Source: Vicugna vicugna (Eukaryota). Taken from it: DNA of 64,000 nucleotides. A program made the translations under genes and the position numbers. Where the stretch lies: assembly GCA_013265495.1 (NCBI GenBank), contig MU063888.1:3422040-3486039 (forward strand). The letters are read 5' to 3'. Positions 27,451-41,397 of this stretch are shown here, in pieces (positions within the stretch are counted from its first letter, which is position 1; the number at the start of each line of letters is the position of its first letter). The notes under the pieces are model-generated. The model did no database searches and was not told the origin of the DNA. It worked only from the letters and a program-made list of their open reading frames with translations.

Positions 27451-27470
27451 TGTGTGTGTGTGTGTGTGTG
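27451..27470. repeat. (TG)10 microsatellite
   Basis: Direct reading of the sequence. Confidence 0.9.
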
Positions 27471-29479
27471 GTAGATGCACACAGCACTCTTTGTTAACTG
27501 CCATCAGGATTTAATTAACGGGTGTCACAGCTGGAGAGACATTTCCTGCCTGTGGGGAAATGTGACTAAACTCATCAATGATTAACGCCATCATCTTTCA
27601 CATTCTCTTTCAATACGTGGGACAAGCTACATTTCTACAAGCGTCTTTCTGAGGTAAAACCGTTTAAAAAACGATAAATACTGGTAAAACTAGAGAGGAG
27701 AGATGGAGAATTTTAAAAATTCAGGCAAAATTATGTTTGTCAGTGCTTCCTTTTATGAAAATATAATGCTTGTTTCACAGAATTAACCTGTCAGGAACCT
27801 CTGTTTTTTTGGTAACACATTAAGCCAGAAGCATGTCACATATCTGCAGAATTTGCCTGATCACTGGACTGTGGAGAACAAATGATCGTGATGGCTTCCC
27901 GGATTCTGGACCCAGCTCCTCCCCAGTCAGTCATCAGCCAGGCATAGCTTCACAGGTCCTGAGACTTGTCAGCACAGTAGGGCCTGGAAACTGTTCCCAT
28001 GGTAACCTTCAGTCAAACAGGTTCGCTGAGGCTGCTGCACACAAGCACAATAGAGAAAGGAATGCTGGCCAGTCTTGTTCGTGAAAAGGGGTAATGTTGA
28101 TTACCAGATAAGTAGAGTGAAAGTCAGAATGGTTCTGGGAACCATGGTTTAAGTGTCCTAAAAAGATACAATTTCTAAAATTTACATGTCCCAAAGAAAA
28201 TCAATGAGAAAAATAGATCATAAATACTGTAGTAACAATTAGCTACTGTTACTGTTAAAAAGAACCGAGCCTCCCATTGCTTCTTACGGGGTAGCCTTAG
28301 CACAGCAGCATTTTCTATGTTCCCTCTAAAATGCCCTCTAGTAAGTCTAATCGTTTATTGGGCTGCCAGCTGGAGCACTGACAATGTTCTAGAAGCATGT
28401 CACACCGGCAGGTCACATAGGCAGCGCTTGCTTGGACTCTCATCAGGTCCCATGTGAACTGTAACAACAGCCTCCTTACTGTCTGCCGGCCTTAGATGGA
28501 CCCAGTCAGCCACCTCCTAACCATACCGGTCAATACTCCGATCTGTAGCAGCCTTTCTAAGCTGTGGTCTGCCTAATCACGCCACTTCTCTGCATAAAAG
28601 CAGTTCGTGATTTCTTTTGACCTAAAAAATATCCAGATTCCCTAACAAAGCACAGCTGGCACTGAGCTATTAAGCCCCTCCTCTGAGCATCCGACCACAA
28701 CCTAACCCCTCTGGAGCAGTGTGAGTTCTCTTCCTTCTCCAGATGACTTCCCTGACCTTGGTTCCCCTGGGAAACTCCTGAGTATCTTTCAAGCACCATT
28801 TCTACCCTGAAATCCTCCCTCATATCCATCCAGAGGAGCAGAATGAATTACTTTCTTCTCTACGCGTTTGTAACGCTGAACTATTTTCTTGTATTGACCA
28901 AGACCTTTGGCTGCAAATTTTGGAAGTCCAGCTTAAGCAATTTAAACCATAAACTGGGATTTATTCACTTATGTCACCAAACTGCACAGAGGCTGGGCCT
29001 TAAGAAGACTGAGACCGGGGCCTCAGAACAAATCAGACAGCCTCCCTCAAGCAGCTATCTCCACAGGGCAGAAATTACAGACACTGACTTCTCCAGCTTT
29101 GCATCCATACATACTTGAGACCAGAGGAGAAAAGGCTCCTTCCCACTAATTCTGGTTATCAAATGTCAGAGCAGGCACTCTGGTTGGCTGGCTTGGTCCA
29201 CAAGTGCATCTCCTTAACTATCTTCTTGGAGAGGGGATGGCCACTGTGATGTACCCAGAGTGAGTCCAGGCACCTCCTGCTCTGCCCTGGGAGTGGGCCA
29301 CCGTAATCAGCATCCCTTACTGGTTTTATAACGGGGAAGAAGCAGAGCTGCAAAGAAGAGGGTACAATCTAAGGAGAGATCCCAGACTGGCAGTAAAAGC
29401 AGATATCAACCGGACAGGTTTTCAAAGTCTGTAAGTGGAGGGATAAACTGGCAGTTCTGAATTTTCAGATGCTAACTAC

Positions 29480-29660
29480 CATACTAAAACAGATAAACAG
29501 CAACATCCTACTATATAGCACAGAGAACTATATTCAATACCTTGTAATGGCCTATAATGAAAAAGAATATGAAAAATGATACATATATGTAGAACTGAAT
29601 CACTATGCTGTACATCAGAAATTAACACACTGTAAATCAACTATATTTCAATAAAAAATT
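29480..29660 (+). mobile_element. L1 3' end (cetartiodactyl-type)
   Basis: 'catcctactatatagcacagagaactatattcaataccttgtaatgg...gaatcactatgctgtacatcagaaattaacac...caataaaaaa'. Confidence 0.85.
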
Positions 29661-30199
29661 TTAATGATCATTTATCTATTCAAAAATAGTAAAAAATTAA
29701 AAGTCCGTAAGTAATAACACTCAGATTGGGTTACGACTGTGCATTTGGGTGTGCCTCTCTCACTGGAGCTCAAATACCTTGTCTTCCGCTAACACCTAGG
29801 GCGATGCCTCACGCCATGCAGGCACTTAGCTAATGTTTGTGGCTGAATTAATAAATGGGTAGCTCCCCAAGCTTCTGTGAATAAAACATCCAGAGAATAC
29901 AATTACAGGATTCTGCAGGATTTTCAAGCTAATTATATGAATGTTTATAGAACCTCTGTAGTTTAAAGGTCATTGAGTGGCTCAAAATTTCACTGAAACA
30001 CAGAAACTTTTGAAATACAACTGATATTCATTGAGTTCACGCTATTAACATTTTTACAAAAGCCATTTTACCCTTACAAAAATGCCATGAGTTATAGGAG
30101 TTACTCTGATTTTATAAATTACGAAGATGCAGCTGAGAGATCCCTGGGGTTTCGCATGTTCTGACGGGCAATATGCTGCGAAGAAGGAACAGACGCTCA

Positions 30200-30306
30200 G
30201 AATCTCTGATTCCACGTCTACTGCTGTGTTTTTAAGCAAATTATTTAATCTCTCTGAGTAAAATGGGAATAATAACTTACTTCTGAAGATGGTTGTAAGT
30301 AATAAA

Positions 30307-30337
<31 letters not shown>

Positions 30338-30380
30338 AAATGTCCTGTGCAAAGCCTGGTCCAGATCAAGGGATGGGTCA
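30200..30380 (+). mobile_element. MIR carrying a (TA)n tract at about 30307-30337
   Basis: 'agcaaattatttaatctctctgagtaaaatgggaataataac...ggttgtaag' followed by an imperfect TA repeat. Confidence 0.6.
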
Positions 30381-33300
30381 ATAGACCACAGTTGCTCCGC
30401 TTGTCAGGGATGGTGGAAGACTTCCTAAGGCCTGTGATGGGTACATGTCTGTGGCCAGTTCTCTTCCTTGTCTTACAGCCCTGGGACTCATCCTGTGTTT
30501 TTCTTCCCTTTAGTGCTGCCCACTCTGTCTCCAGTAGCTTCTCTTTCCTAGGACTGGTGAAGGAACAGGTTATAGGCTCCTGGGTTCCCCCTTCCTTGCT
30601 GAAGCCAAGTACCCAGGCCCCTTTTGCTGCCTCAAGCATCTGACGTCTAGTTCAGGGAGGGGAAACCCCAAGGGCGTCTAACATGTGCGCCCTAGACCTT
30701 GTTCTGACATCAGTTAGCTGTGTGCCATGTGCACCACTGTGCTCTCAAGTGTGAAATGAGGGTGTTGGACTGGAGGCATTTCTATATAAAACTTTGTTAT
30801 GCAAAGGAAATTTCAGTGAAAATATTTTTACTGCAGAGTGAAGCAATACCGTTACCAGTCTCAGGAAAAAAAAAAAGTTTTACACATTTTTTTCTGTCCC
30901 CCAAATAAATCGGCATTGGCCTTGCTTAAGTTTACCGGATCCATTTCGATGACTTTTAACACTGCCTTCTTGCTCTGCTTCTCAGCAGGGATGACATGCC
31001 TACAGCGTACATTCAGAATTTTCTCCTGGATATAGATTCCAGGAAAAGCTGAAGCAGAGAGGACAGAGAAGAAAGAAATAGCATAGATGACATTTCTTTT
31101 AGGCTCACTGCCTGGATCGCACTTGGCCTGCTGCCTTCTCATTAGTCCCACTGACTGAATCTGATTAGCCCACCCTTGATTTATTTTTGGCAACCTGGGA
31201 GCACACGGGCCAATGCGTATTTTCCTGGCTGATACAATCATCCCCAAAGCTGTTGTTAGCATTTGGAAGATTAGCTCCCTTCCCTGGAAGATTTAACTGT
31301 CTACAAAGCATCATGACACATTAGACATATATTTCTCAAACACTTTACAAAATTGAGTTTATTTATTCCTCTTTTCGTCATTACAAACACTTTCAGTTAC
31401 TGGCTGTTAAAACAGAGTTAAAAAAAGTCTTCGTAGTTATATATTTGATGTTCATAAACATATTATTTTTTGAGTCAGTGAATCAGCATCTATAATCAAT
31501 AATGAATAAAAACTAGATTTCAGGGCTGTTGGATATTCAGTGCTTGCTTTAGCCTCACACTTCCACCTGACCACTGGTTACGTAGAATGGGTCACAGTTT
31601 ATGTTTGGTCCCAAAAGTACAGAATTCAATTTTAGAAACATACCCCTGTATCTGAGGATGGGAGACAATTTGGAAAAAGAGACAGTCAAGAAATCAATCC
31701 ATGCTGACAATCCCATATTATAGAAGTCTTTGCAGGGCTGCCCAGGTCACCAGGTCACAAAGCATCTGGCATAAGGCAGGCACTGGTCCTGGAGCTGGAG
31801 ACGCAGCTGGAAATAAGACACAGTCCCTGTCCTTAGAGAACTTACAGTCTAGTGTGGTAGGGATGTCATGAACACAATTAAGTCTACTGAATGTTAATAT
31901 GAAATTAAACTTCTGTTATTGGCCAGGTATTCTTTATAAATACTAGGACCTGTAAAAACTAGATTTCTTTAAAAAAAATTAAATAGAAAGAAACAATATC
32001 AGTATATTATTGGTTTGTATAGTGTCTTTTGGGGAATGATCCATCTTGCATGCTTGATTTAGCTGCTGACAATATGTGAGGTACCGCAATCAATAAGTTG
32101 ATTAATTCTAAGAGGAGAATGCCCACATTTAATTAATTCAATCAGCAATTCTTTCATTCATTTAACAAACACTTATCAGCTATATTCTGTGTGTCAGACT
32201 CAATGTTAGCAAAATAAGTCAAGAGGAGAAGGCAGAGGCATGTGGAACAACGAGGCTCAGTCTTGTGACTTGTGTATAAGTCAGCGGTTACGTGGGATCT
32301 TGAGCAAGTGACTTAATCTTTCTGGCTCTCTGTTTTCTCAGCTACAAACTGAGATTGAAAATAAGAGTATCTAACTTCTGAGCTTACTCTGAATATTAAA
32401 TGAGATAACTGTGTTTATAGCCTGCCTAGCTTAGTACCTGGATCTTTGTCAGGCTTTGATAAGTTTCAGCAATTTTTCTGTCCCAACTTTCATAGAAGAG
32501 AAACCTGAGGCTCAAATCTAAGAAATAATTTGCCCTGGACACCATGTACACAAAAGGTAAATTAAAAGCAAAACAGCAAGTGTCATGAAGTATACGAGTC
32601 TTGTTTGAGACCAGAGAACACAAGGGCTGATTCTGCTTGTGGGGTGTGGGAAAGAATCGGGAAGGAATATTTAAATCAACTACACAGATGATTTCTCAAA
32701 TACCGCTCATACACATTTTCAAAGTTTTCAGTCCACTAACTGCTGACTTTTCCATCGGTGACCATGGAGCCTCAGTCTGGTTCCTTCTTCAAAGAACATC
32801 TTAGTTTCTCTTATTAAGGACCAGCTAACCTTTAACAAGGAGGATTATCACAGATTTCTCAGTCCTGACTTTTTTTAGTTTTCAGAGCTGACAACGAGAA
32901 GTCAGAGAGGAAATAACTACTCTGAAACATTTTTCTAGAATTTTCCTAGGATGACCATAGTGTTACTCCCTCCAAAGTAAAATAGAATATTTCCTCAAAC
33001 CGTACAGCTTCTTCAACATAGCTGAAACCAAGGACTTCTCCGGAAGTCAAGCGCCAAGATGATTTTCATTCATTCATCTTTACGCAGTTCCATGATGTTT
33101 ATTTTGTGTGTATTACATGGCACAATCTTTGAACTGGAAGCAGCTCTTCAGTGGAGAAGAAATCCTAAACGTAATAAAACTTGAGAAGATGAATAGTCCC
33201 AGGAGGGGTTAATCTCCCTCTTTCTGCTTTTCCTTATACACTAAAATACTTATGTCACCCTATTTCACAAAGCAATGCTTATCACAACGTAAATTTTGGG

Positions 33301-33382
33301 GAAATTATCTCAGTATAATTTTACTGCGAGGAACCTGAAATTTGACCTCCATTTTCTCTTTTACTTCTCTTTTCTTAAACAG

Positions 33383-33656
33383 AATGCTACAACATTCCAT
33401 GTCAGAGTCCAAGATGACAACAGTATCGCTGTCTCTTTAGAAGCTTCAGATGTGATGAGTCCATCATCTGTGTATGTTGTGAAGATAACTGGTGAATCAA
33501 AAAATTACTTCTTTGAATTTGAGGAATTCAACAGTACTCTGCCTCCTCCCGTTATCTTTAAGGCCAGTTATCATGGCCTGTACTATATAATTACCCTGGT
33601 AGTGGTAAATGGAAATGTGGTTACCAAGCCATCCAGATCGATCACTGTGTTAACAA
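33383..33656 (+). CDS. PTPRO: PTPRO exon 2 (274 nt, phase 0 to 1), first FN3-like repeat
   Basis: Acceptor tttcttaaacag, donor A|GTAAGC. Translates [91 protein letters not shown]. Lies within ORF 33296..33748. Confidence 0.97.
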
Positions 33657-35189
33657 GTAAGCGTCATGTGCGATGCTGTGCTCTGTGTCTCTTCGTTGTG
33701 TATGGTCCCATGGGTCTCACTGAGGGAGGGTCCGCCCAGAATGGTTAGATCAGTGGCTTTGAAGTCAAGTGACAAGATTCAAAGTTCTGCTTTACGTTAA
33801 GAATATACTTTCTTACCGAGGCTTGATCAGGTTTTACTGTAACCTTTGCTACACAAAAACGTGTTCTCAACCAAACAAAAGTCAACCTCAATAGTGTATT
33901 TGAGATTGAATAACAGTTTTAGATTCATGATTGGACCATATAATTTTCTGCTGTACAATTTAATACTATGATCAGAACTAAGTTTTTTTTTTTCCTAGGA
34001 CATATATTCTCATATTAAGCAATTTGCTTGTTGAGGCAATGAATTTATACTTGTACTTTGCTGGCTCAAATTCAATTATGCATTTTTAGTTGAGAGGACG
34101 AAAAAGAAATTGTTATTTACCAGTTGCTCTCCCCCACCTCACCCTCAAAATAGCCTAGGCTTCCACTGTCCAAAAGAATGCCAAGGAAAAAAATTCATTG
34201 ACGTTTTAGCCTTTAGTAAGTGCGTGTCGTAAGAGGTCATGCTGATATTAGAAATTACTTAGGAATGGTTTTTAACTGTATGTGATTTTCATCTTACCCT
34301 CTGATTTTAATAGCTAATCGCAAAGTAAAATTCGACTCTACTGTATATGTTGAGGTATGGAAGAAAAACTGTTATCTGTAAGATGTAGGTTTGTCACTAG
34401 AGCAATTTAATGTCTCAGCAAAGTCCTTCTAGCTCATTGTTCCACAGTACACATTTTCCGGTGACAGTAATTTTTTAATTCTCACCTATACATGATCTTT
34501 CTGGCCACAGTTAAGGAAAAGGAAATAGTGATATTTTCTCTCAGGAAAAATAAACAAGGAAAGAGAAACATCAAGAAGCAAGAACGCAGAACCAAGCTAA
34601 AGGACATATTTTTAATATGTCTGTCAAAAATTAATTAACATTTCCCTTGGCAGAGTCCCAAGATCAGTACTGAGTCCTAAAAATTAGGAATGGCACAGAC
34701 CCAAGACCTTCAAGGTTGACCAATATAATGAACAAATCAAGGACCTAGTGGAATTAAAGGAAGAACTTGCTTGTTAAAATACTGTCTTAAGTAAGCTTCA
34801 GAAATGGTGAATCGGGAGTTAATAGATCCAGACAGTAGATCTAGGTATATAAATGCCTATGACATAAATCCTTGCAATCAGAAGCTCTGCCTTATCTTCA
34901 CAGTTTCATAAGCACCTACCATGAGCCTTATGCTTAATTGTGATCAATAAATATTAATTCAATTTAGTTGAGCAAGTAACAGGAGAGAGAGCCAGGAAAA
35001 AAATGACTAAGGCACAGAGCAAAATAAAACTGCAGTGACTTTTGCTGATCCAACACTCATTAGCATGCACTCAGCTACTCCCATCAGACAAAGCTGGAGG
35101 AGTCAGTTCTTTATAACGGTTCACGAAGAAATTTGTTAAGTAGGTTGATGAAAGATTTCTGGACTATCTTGCTAATATGTTAGCACCTG

Positions 35190-35930
35190 CAGTAAGTTCT
35201 ATTCAAAATATTTTCTATTTTCTTTTGTGATTTCTTTGACATGTGGACTTGGAAGTGTGTGGCTGAATGTCCAAAAATTTGGTGATTTCTGTAGAGATCT
35301 TTTTATTGGTTTCTAGGTAAATGTTGTTATGACCAGAGAACACACTTTTGCCATTTCAGTTACTGGAAAGTTGCTGAGATTTATTTATGGACCCAAACAT
35401 TGCCTATCTTGTTGTGCATTCTGTGAGCACTTGGGTGAAGTTTCAATAAATGTCAATTAGGTCAAGTTGGTTGTTCAAGTCTTCCACAACCTAAATGATC
35501 TGCTGTCAACTTGTTCTAGCAATGACTGACATAGAGTGTACATTTGTCTAATTTCTTCTTTCACTTCTTTTAGTTTACGTTTTATGTGTTTAGAAGCTCT
35601 GTTGTTATGTTCTTAGATGCAAATACTTTCAGAATTACTATGTCGTCTTGATGAACTCACCTTTTTATCTATATGCCATGCTCCTTTTTATCCCAAATAA
35701 TATGCCTTGTGTCAAAGTCTATTTTGTCTAATATTAATACAGACATTTTAATGTTCTTTTGTAAAGTATTTTCGTGGTTACTTGCTTCATCTTTTAAATT
35801 TAACCTACTTGCGTCTTTATATGTAAATGAGTTTCTTATAGACAGCATAGAGTTGGATCTTGCTTTTTTTCCCAATCTGAAAAATCTCTGCCTTTTAATT
35901 GGACCAATAATAATAAGTTGGGAATGTAAG
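35190..35930 (-). mobile_element. Old L1 ORF2 endonuclease-domain remnant
   Basis: Minus-strand ORF 35669..35950 gives 'KDASRLNLK...NIKMSVLILDKIDFDTRHIIWDKKEH', a degenerate match to L1 EN 'KDTHRLKIKG...GVAILISDKIDFK...RDKEGH'. Confidence 0.8.
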
Positions 35931-36699
35931 AATTGGTGGTTAATGCACAAATTTTTCTGTGACAGTAAGTGTGAGGTGATATTTGGGTTTCAGCTTCCTC
36001 CTTTAAAAGAGAGGGGATTGAATACGTGATGATGAAGATTACTTCTGAGCTCTAGAATTCCATTATGTATCAGCTGATGATGAATTTTCACCTCCTTTAT
36101 TTTTCTAACAGGAAGCTTTTCTTGAAAGTTTAGGAAACATTTGTAGGATCTGCTCACAGAGTTGACACACTGCTCTTGAAAATAAAAGGGTACATTTGTT
36201 GCAGTCATTTATTGTGTGTTAGATTCCTGTCTTCATGAAATAAGCAGTGACAAAGCAACTGGCCCTGGGGCAGTCCTTTGATATTGCTCTACAGTTGTTC
36301 TGAGTCTGCTGTCTCTTCGAGACAGCTGAGAAACCTGGCAAGGAATAAATTCAGCACAAACGAGTCCCTTGGCCAGTTCAAAAGAGTGTCCCAACCCTTA
36401 GGCTCTGACATCCAATTAATATTTAACTGATTGAGAACTTTCAGTATATTGTGTTCACTTTAGAGAGAAGGAGCAGTTTCTTAATAGGCAAAATTAATAC
36501 ATGAAAACAATTTCTTAGAAATTTGGGAAGTGCTATGGACACAAAGCTGTCTCTTGTGTTGGTAAAGACCTAGAAATAGTGGCTGGAAACATTGCGGAAC
36601 ACACATGGAGACATTCTACAAATATAATATTCTACAAATATCATCCATTATAAATAAAAATAATGTTATAAATAAAAATAAATGAGTTTTTATTTTATT

Positions 36700-37140
36700 T
36701 ACTGCCTGCATTCTCTATGCCCTGTCCTAGGTGGCAGAGAAATAAAGATAAATAAAATACCCATATTCAAAGATGGTGTACAATAGGGGAAAAGACAAAA
36801 CATTACAAAAGTATGATGAATGCTAATAAAGAATTATGTAAGAGACTGGCCAGCTTTCTCAGGGTACATTGGGAAGGCACTTCAGAAGAAACAATCATTT
36901 AAAACCTAGTGAAAATTTGCCAAATGAATAAAGAATGGAAAGTGTTACAGTCAGAGTCAAAGGGAATCGTGTATGTAAAGGATGGAGGCGGGCACAGCAT
37001 GGCACACTTGTGAAACTGCAAGACTGAAGATGGAAAGCATCAGCGATTTCAGGAAAGGTGGCTAGAAAATTGGGAAGCACCTTGAATACTTTACAAAAGA
37101 GGTCAGACCTTAATCTATAAGTGAGGCATGATGACAGATC
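36700..37140 (-). mobile_element. L2 fragment
   Basis: 'ctatgccctgtcctagg...aaaggatggaggcgggcacagcatggcacacttgtgaaactgcaag' is an antisense L2 pattern. Confidence 0.5.
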
Positions 37141-37367
37141 TTATACAAAGAAATGACATCACATGATTCGATTGGGGAAATTTCCTTCTTGTAACAGAGT
37201 TGCTAGCCACAGGATCTTGAATCCTGCATTGCTATGGACAGATTACCAAACAGGGATTTTGAGTAGCGGATCAAAGCATGAACTTCAGTGCCAAAGAAAT
37301 CTGGAAACCATAATGTAGCCTTCAGCAGATTATTACTTTCTCTTAGACGCTAATTTATAATCTATTG

Positions 37368-37688
37368 CAGGGGCCAGCAAACTTTCTCTGTAATGACCCA
37401 AGTAATAAACATTTTATGTTTGTGGGCCTTACAGTCTATGTTGCCATCATTCAACTCTGCTGTTTCAGCAGAAAAGCAGTCATAGACAATACATAAATAA
37501 GCACGGTTCTGTTCTATGGAGACTTTATTTAAAGACACCAAAATTTGAAATCTATATAATTTTCATGTGCCATGAAATATTATTCTTTTGCTGACTTTTG
37601 TCAACCTTTTAAAAATATAAATAACCATTCTTAGCTCATAAATCATACAAGACCATGTGGCAGGCCAGATTTGGTTTGTGGGCTGTAG
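37368..37688 (+). mobile_element. MER58B-like hAT-Charlie DNA transposon
   Basis: Starts 'caggggccagcaaactttctctgtaatgaccc', has the internal 'caactctgctg...gcagtcatagacaatac', and ends 'ggcaggccagatttggtttgtgggctgtag'. Confidence 0.75.
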
Positions 37689-38025
37689 ATTTCACAGAGG
37701 ATGCTATGAAATAATGTAAAATTGTATGTACTAAAAATATTTAAATAGACTCCTTAACAACGTGTGTTGCATCTAGTAGAAGATCAGTAAGTATAATTAA
37801 TACCAATGGATGAAATAGAAAATTGCTCACAGGGTTGGGAGTAAAAGAGAAACAAAACAGATCAGGCAGGGAAAAGTCAGTGAGGTGGAGGTGATTAGTT
37901 TCAGACAGAGAGTATCAAGTAGCATGCAGGCTTAAAAATTCTGAACAGAAATAAATAAGAAAAATGAAGGTAAGACTGGAGGCAGGAAGAATAATTTAGA
38001 AAGTGGTTTAAATATTCCAGGAAAG

Positions 38026-38574
38026 TGTCAGAGAGGAAGAAATTTTCTCCTACCCTTCTAGGTTTTTCTGGCTGGTCCAAGAATTAAATTGATGAGGAAC
38101 ACATTAACAAGGGAAAATCATACTAAAATTTAATAATACAGGAGAGACCCAGGAAAACTGATAACTCATCAAAATGGCCAAAACTTTCACCTTAAAAATG
38201 ATTTTCAGCTGAAGACAAAAGAGGATGTTGGGGGTAGTGGTTTGGGACTTCAAAGGGGAGGAAGGCAACTGACACAGAGATGGACAAACAAATGTTTGGT
38301 AAACACGTTTGCTGGGCTGTGCAGAGACCGAAGACACACAGAGGACTCTGATCTCTAGGCCCTGCTGAGTTTTCCTCCCAACCATCCTAGCCCGTATTCT
38401 GGCAGATACCTCTGGTGATAGCTCTATGTGGGTAATAGGCCCTCACGTCTAAATTCTTTAAGGCAGTTAGGGGGAAGATCATAGGTTCTTCTTGAGTCTT
38501 CTGTTTTTTAAAAATACTAAATTAATCCTCATGCCAGAGACACATTTTGATGTGACAAATTTTGTTCCCTTACA
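38026..38574 (-). mobile_element. MER34/MER39-like ERV1 solo LTR (549 bp), antisense
   Basis: TG...CA termini with 4-bp TSD AAAG (38022-38025 and 38575-38578). The minus strand starts 'tgtaagggaacaaaatttgtcacatcaaaatgtgtctctggcatgagga', like the MER34 group. Confidence 0.8.
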
Positions 38575-39279
38575 AAAGAAATGATGAAGACTTGACTAAA
38601 TTAGTGGGTGTGATGGTAACAATCCTTCCTGGACCACAGTGGTTCCCATGCTGCTGCCAGCTCACCTCAGTGGTCTGCTTGGATACAGCTGAATCATCAG
38701 TTCAGGTCTCAAATTATCATCTATACATAGGACAAGAGCTTTGGTCTGGGCCCTAAACTGGTCCCTTTTCCCTACTCCTGCCATCAGAAGTGAGTGACTA
38801 ACCCCACATCCATCTCCCTCGAGAGGACTATGTCAGAAGACACATATTCTTATGTTGGTCACATCAGAAGCAAGGGATGCTGATCACTGATCCAACAGCT
38901 TCTTTAGTTTTAGTTCATCAAAAGAGAGCAATCTCAGAAAGAAGCATCTCTTAGCACTTAGCAGATACGAACAACCTCTGCTTTCTGGGAGCAGTATTTG
39001 CTCCACATTTGCTTTTGTTTTTTTCTTTTTATTTTCTAAGATAGTCACATTCAAAACTTTAAAGTCTGTCCTATTCATGATCTGTCATGAATAGTTCAAA
39101 GGTAATTAAGGAACACAAAGTATTCTTCAATTTGAACATCAGTTTTTATTATGTGGGACACCTAATAAGGAAATAATAACCATAGCAAATGTTATTAAAA
39201 TTTTGTTATTAAAAGAAAAATGGGCATTTCATGGTAAAATTTTTGGTACAAAGAATGCAGTAAATTCCCCCTTTGTCAT

Positions 39280-41230
39280 ACACTCTTTGTTCCCACCACA
39301 GAAGCAAAAAGAAAACCAGAAATACACTGCTAGGCTAAAAAATAAGATAGGTGTCTCCATGAATCAGAAGCAAAACAGAAACTCAAAGTAGGGAAGTGGT
39401 CTGAAGTCATGAAGCCTCTGTGCACTGGGTCTAAAAAAAGATAGTATTCAGTCTTGCCCCCTAGAGAAAAGGAAGAATTGAAATGCTCCACACTAGATAT
39501 GGCCCAGAGCCAGGCTCTTTGCTTGAAGTAAAGATTCTTCCTGCCTGTGAAAAGAGCACATATGGAGGCCTAGAGGTGCAGGGGACACACAGGCTTACTA
39601 CCAAGGACCAAGGTTAGTTACCCTCTGACTCAGGGGATAAATCTGTGAGAACCACTATACCATCCACAATATCAAGAGCCCCAAAATAATGTTATATGCC
39701 CTGCTTAGACAGTGGGTTTTTGTGAGCTGAAAGGATGCTAAGGAAGAAGCCTTGAAACAGCAAGGAATAAGCAAGAAATCGGGCAATGAGAAAACAAAAT
39801 TTGGCCCTGGGCTTATACTTCAGAACACAGAAAGAAATCTATGCTAAAAAAAAGGTAGACATAAAGATGACAACATTTTAGATTATATCTTATGTAGCAA
39901 TCTGAAAAAAATTTATGTATGGTATGATGTACAAAGTGATAAATGAAAGAATTACACTTGTTAAAAAGGTTAAGAAATAATGAAACAAAAGTTGGCAGGA
40001 ACAAAACAAAAACAGGGAATACACATAAATAAAGATAAATTTTCATAAATAAAGAATACAGTTATTCATTTTAATATTTTAATTGGCTGAACAGGGCAAA
40101 ATTAGTTTAATTAATCAAATCTAAAGGCAACTAGTTGAAAAACTTCAATAGGTGAGATAAATTCTGTACTGATAACACTTAAGTAAAGTTAGCAAATTAA
40201 AAGATAATACTGTCATTGCTCCATGATTTAGCACAGTGAGACAATTCACAGGTGTGGTGGGAGAGGCTCTAACTGAGGAGATTAAGCATTTACAAAAAAG
40301 AATGGAGGGGGTGATTGGCACAATATTTGAAGAAATGACTATGAAAATTTCCAAGACTTAAATAATGATATGAATCCACAGACTGACAAGGCATTTTAAG
40401 TATCCAGAGCATAATTCAACACTACGACCACACCTAGATATGTGATGGAGAAACTGCAGAGTACCAAGCATAAATAAAAGTAAGTAAAAAGTTTAGAAGG
40501 TACCAAAAGACAAATAGCATAGTATCTCCAAAGGAGTAAGTATTAAACTGATAGGAGCTTTCTCTTCTGTAGTAGTTGGTGCAAGAAGACAATGGAGCAA
40601 TATCTTCAAAGTACTGAGGGGAAATCAGTCTACCCAGAATTTTATACCCAGCTAAACTACATCAAGAATAAAGATAAAATAAAGACATTGTTTAAAATAC
40701 AGAGCCTAGGAGAATTTAACACCTACACTCTAACTTAAGTAACTATTCAATTATGTGTTTCAGCAAGAAAGATGAACCCAGATGAAAGGCATAGGACAAA
40801 ATAAAAAATGACAATGGGGAGGTAGGACATGACAGAGGCTAAATTACTAATTAGCAGGAAAATATGGAAAAAGAACCCATGAAACAGGCAAAAGAATCAA
40901 ACGATTCTAAGAAAAAGGAAACTGAATGACTGACACAAAAAGATACTCAACTTCCTTTATGAATAGGAAGTTAGATGAGACAATATTTCACGAGCCTCAG
41001 AGTGGCAAAAATTTTAAAGGCTGATACAATCAAATGTTGGAAAACAATATGGAGAAATAGAATTATCATACACTGCTGACAGACAGATAATTGACACAAA
41101 ATTAGAAGACACTTTCACAATATCTCATATAGTTGAAGATGGGCATACTCTACTATCCAGGATTTCCAACATAAGGTTTAGGGTTAGGTTTGTCCCAAAA
41201 CATTCATTGTAGCATTATTTGCAAAAGTGA
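39280..41230 (+). mobile_element. Old L1ME-type remnant (putative 5'UTR, ORF1 and late-ORF2 pieces)
   Basis: ORF1-like 'aatatttgaagaaatgactatgaaaatttcca' and 'aatggagcaatatcttcaaagtactgagg...agaattttatacccagctaaacta' at 40300-40690. ORF2-end-like 'caaatgttgg...atcatacactgctg' near 41030-41080. Confidence 0.65.
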
Positions 41231-41397
41231 ATGACTGAAAACAATTTATCTAACGTATTTTAATTATCTGTGAGACACTAAACTAATGAAAATACGTGTA
41301 AGTTCTGATAGATGTGATCCTTGGTACTTCCAAGTACTGATAATGGCCTTTTCCTCTTTTCCCAATTCCCCTTTCTCTATTCATTTCTCTTCTGCAG

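Noticed and set aside
27827-28404. Identical 14-mer AGAAGCATGTCACA at 27827 and 28391 (p53 half-site-like)
   Set aside because: Several 14-mer matches are expected by chance in 64 kb, and neither copy has an adjacent second half-site.
33296-33748. 150-aa ORF as a stand-alone gene
   Set aside because: It is exon 2 plus intronic read-through on both sides. The same applies to the track ORFs overlapping exons 3-9 and 11.
35669-35950. L1 endonuclease-like ORF as an active element
   Set aside because: It is short and heavily diverged, and the surrounding sequence has no continuous ORF2.
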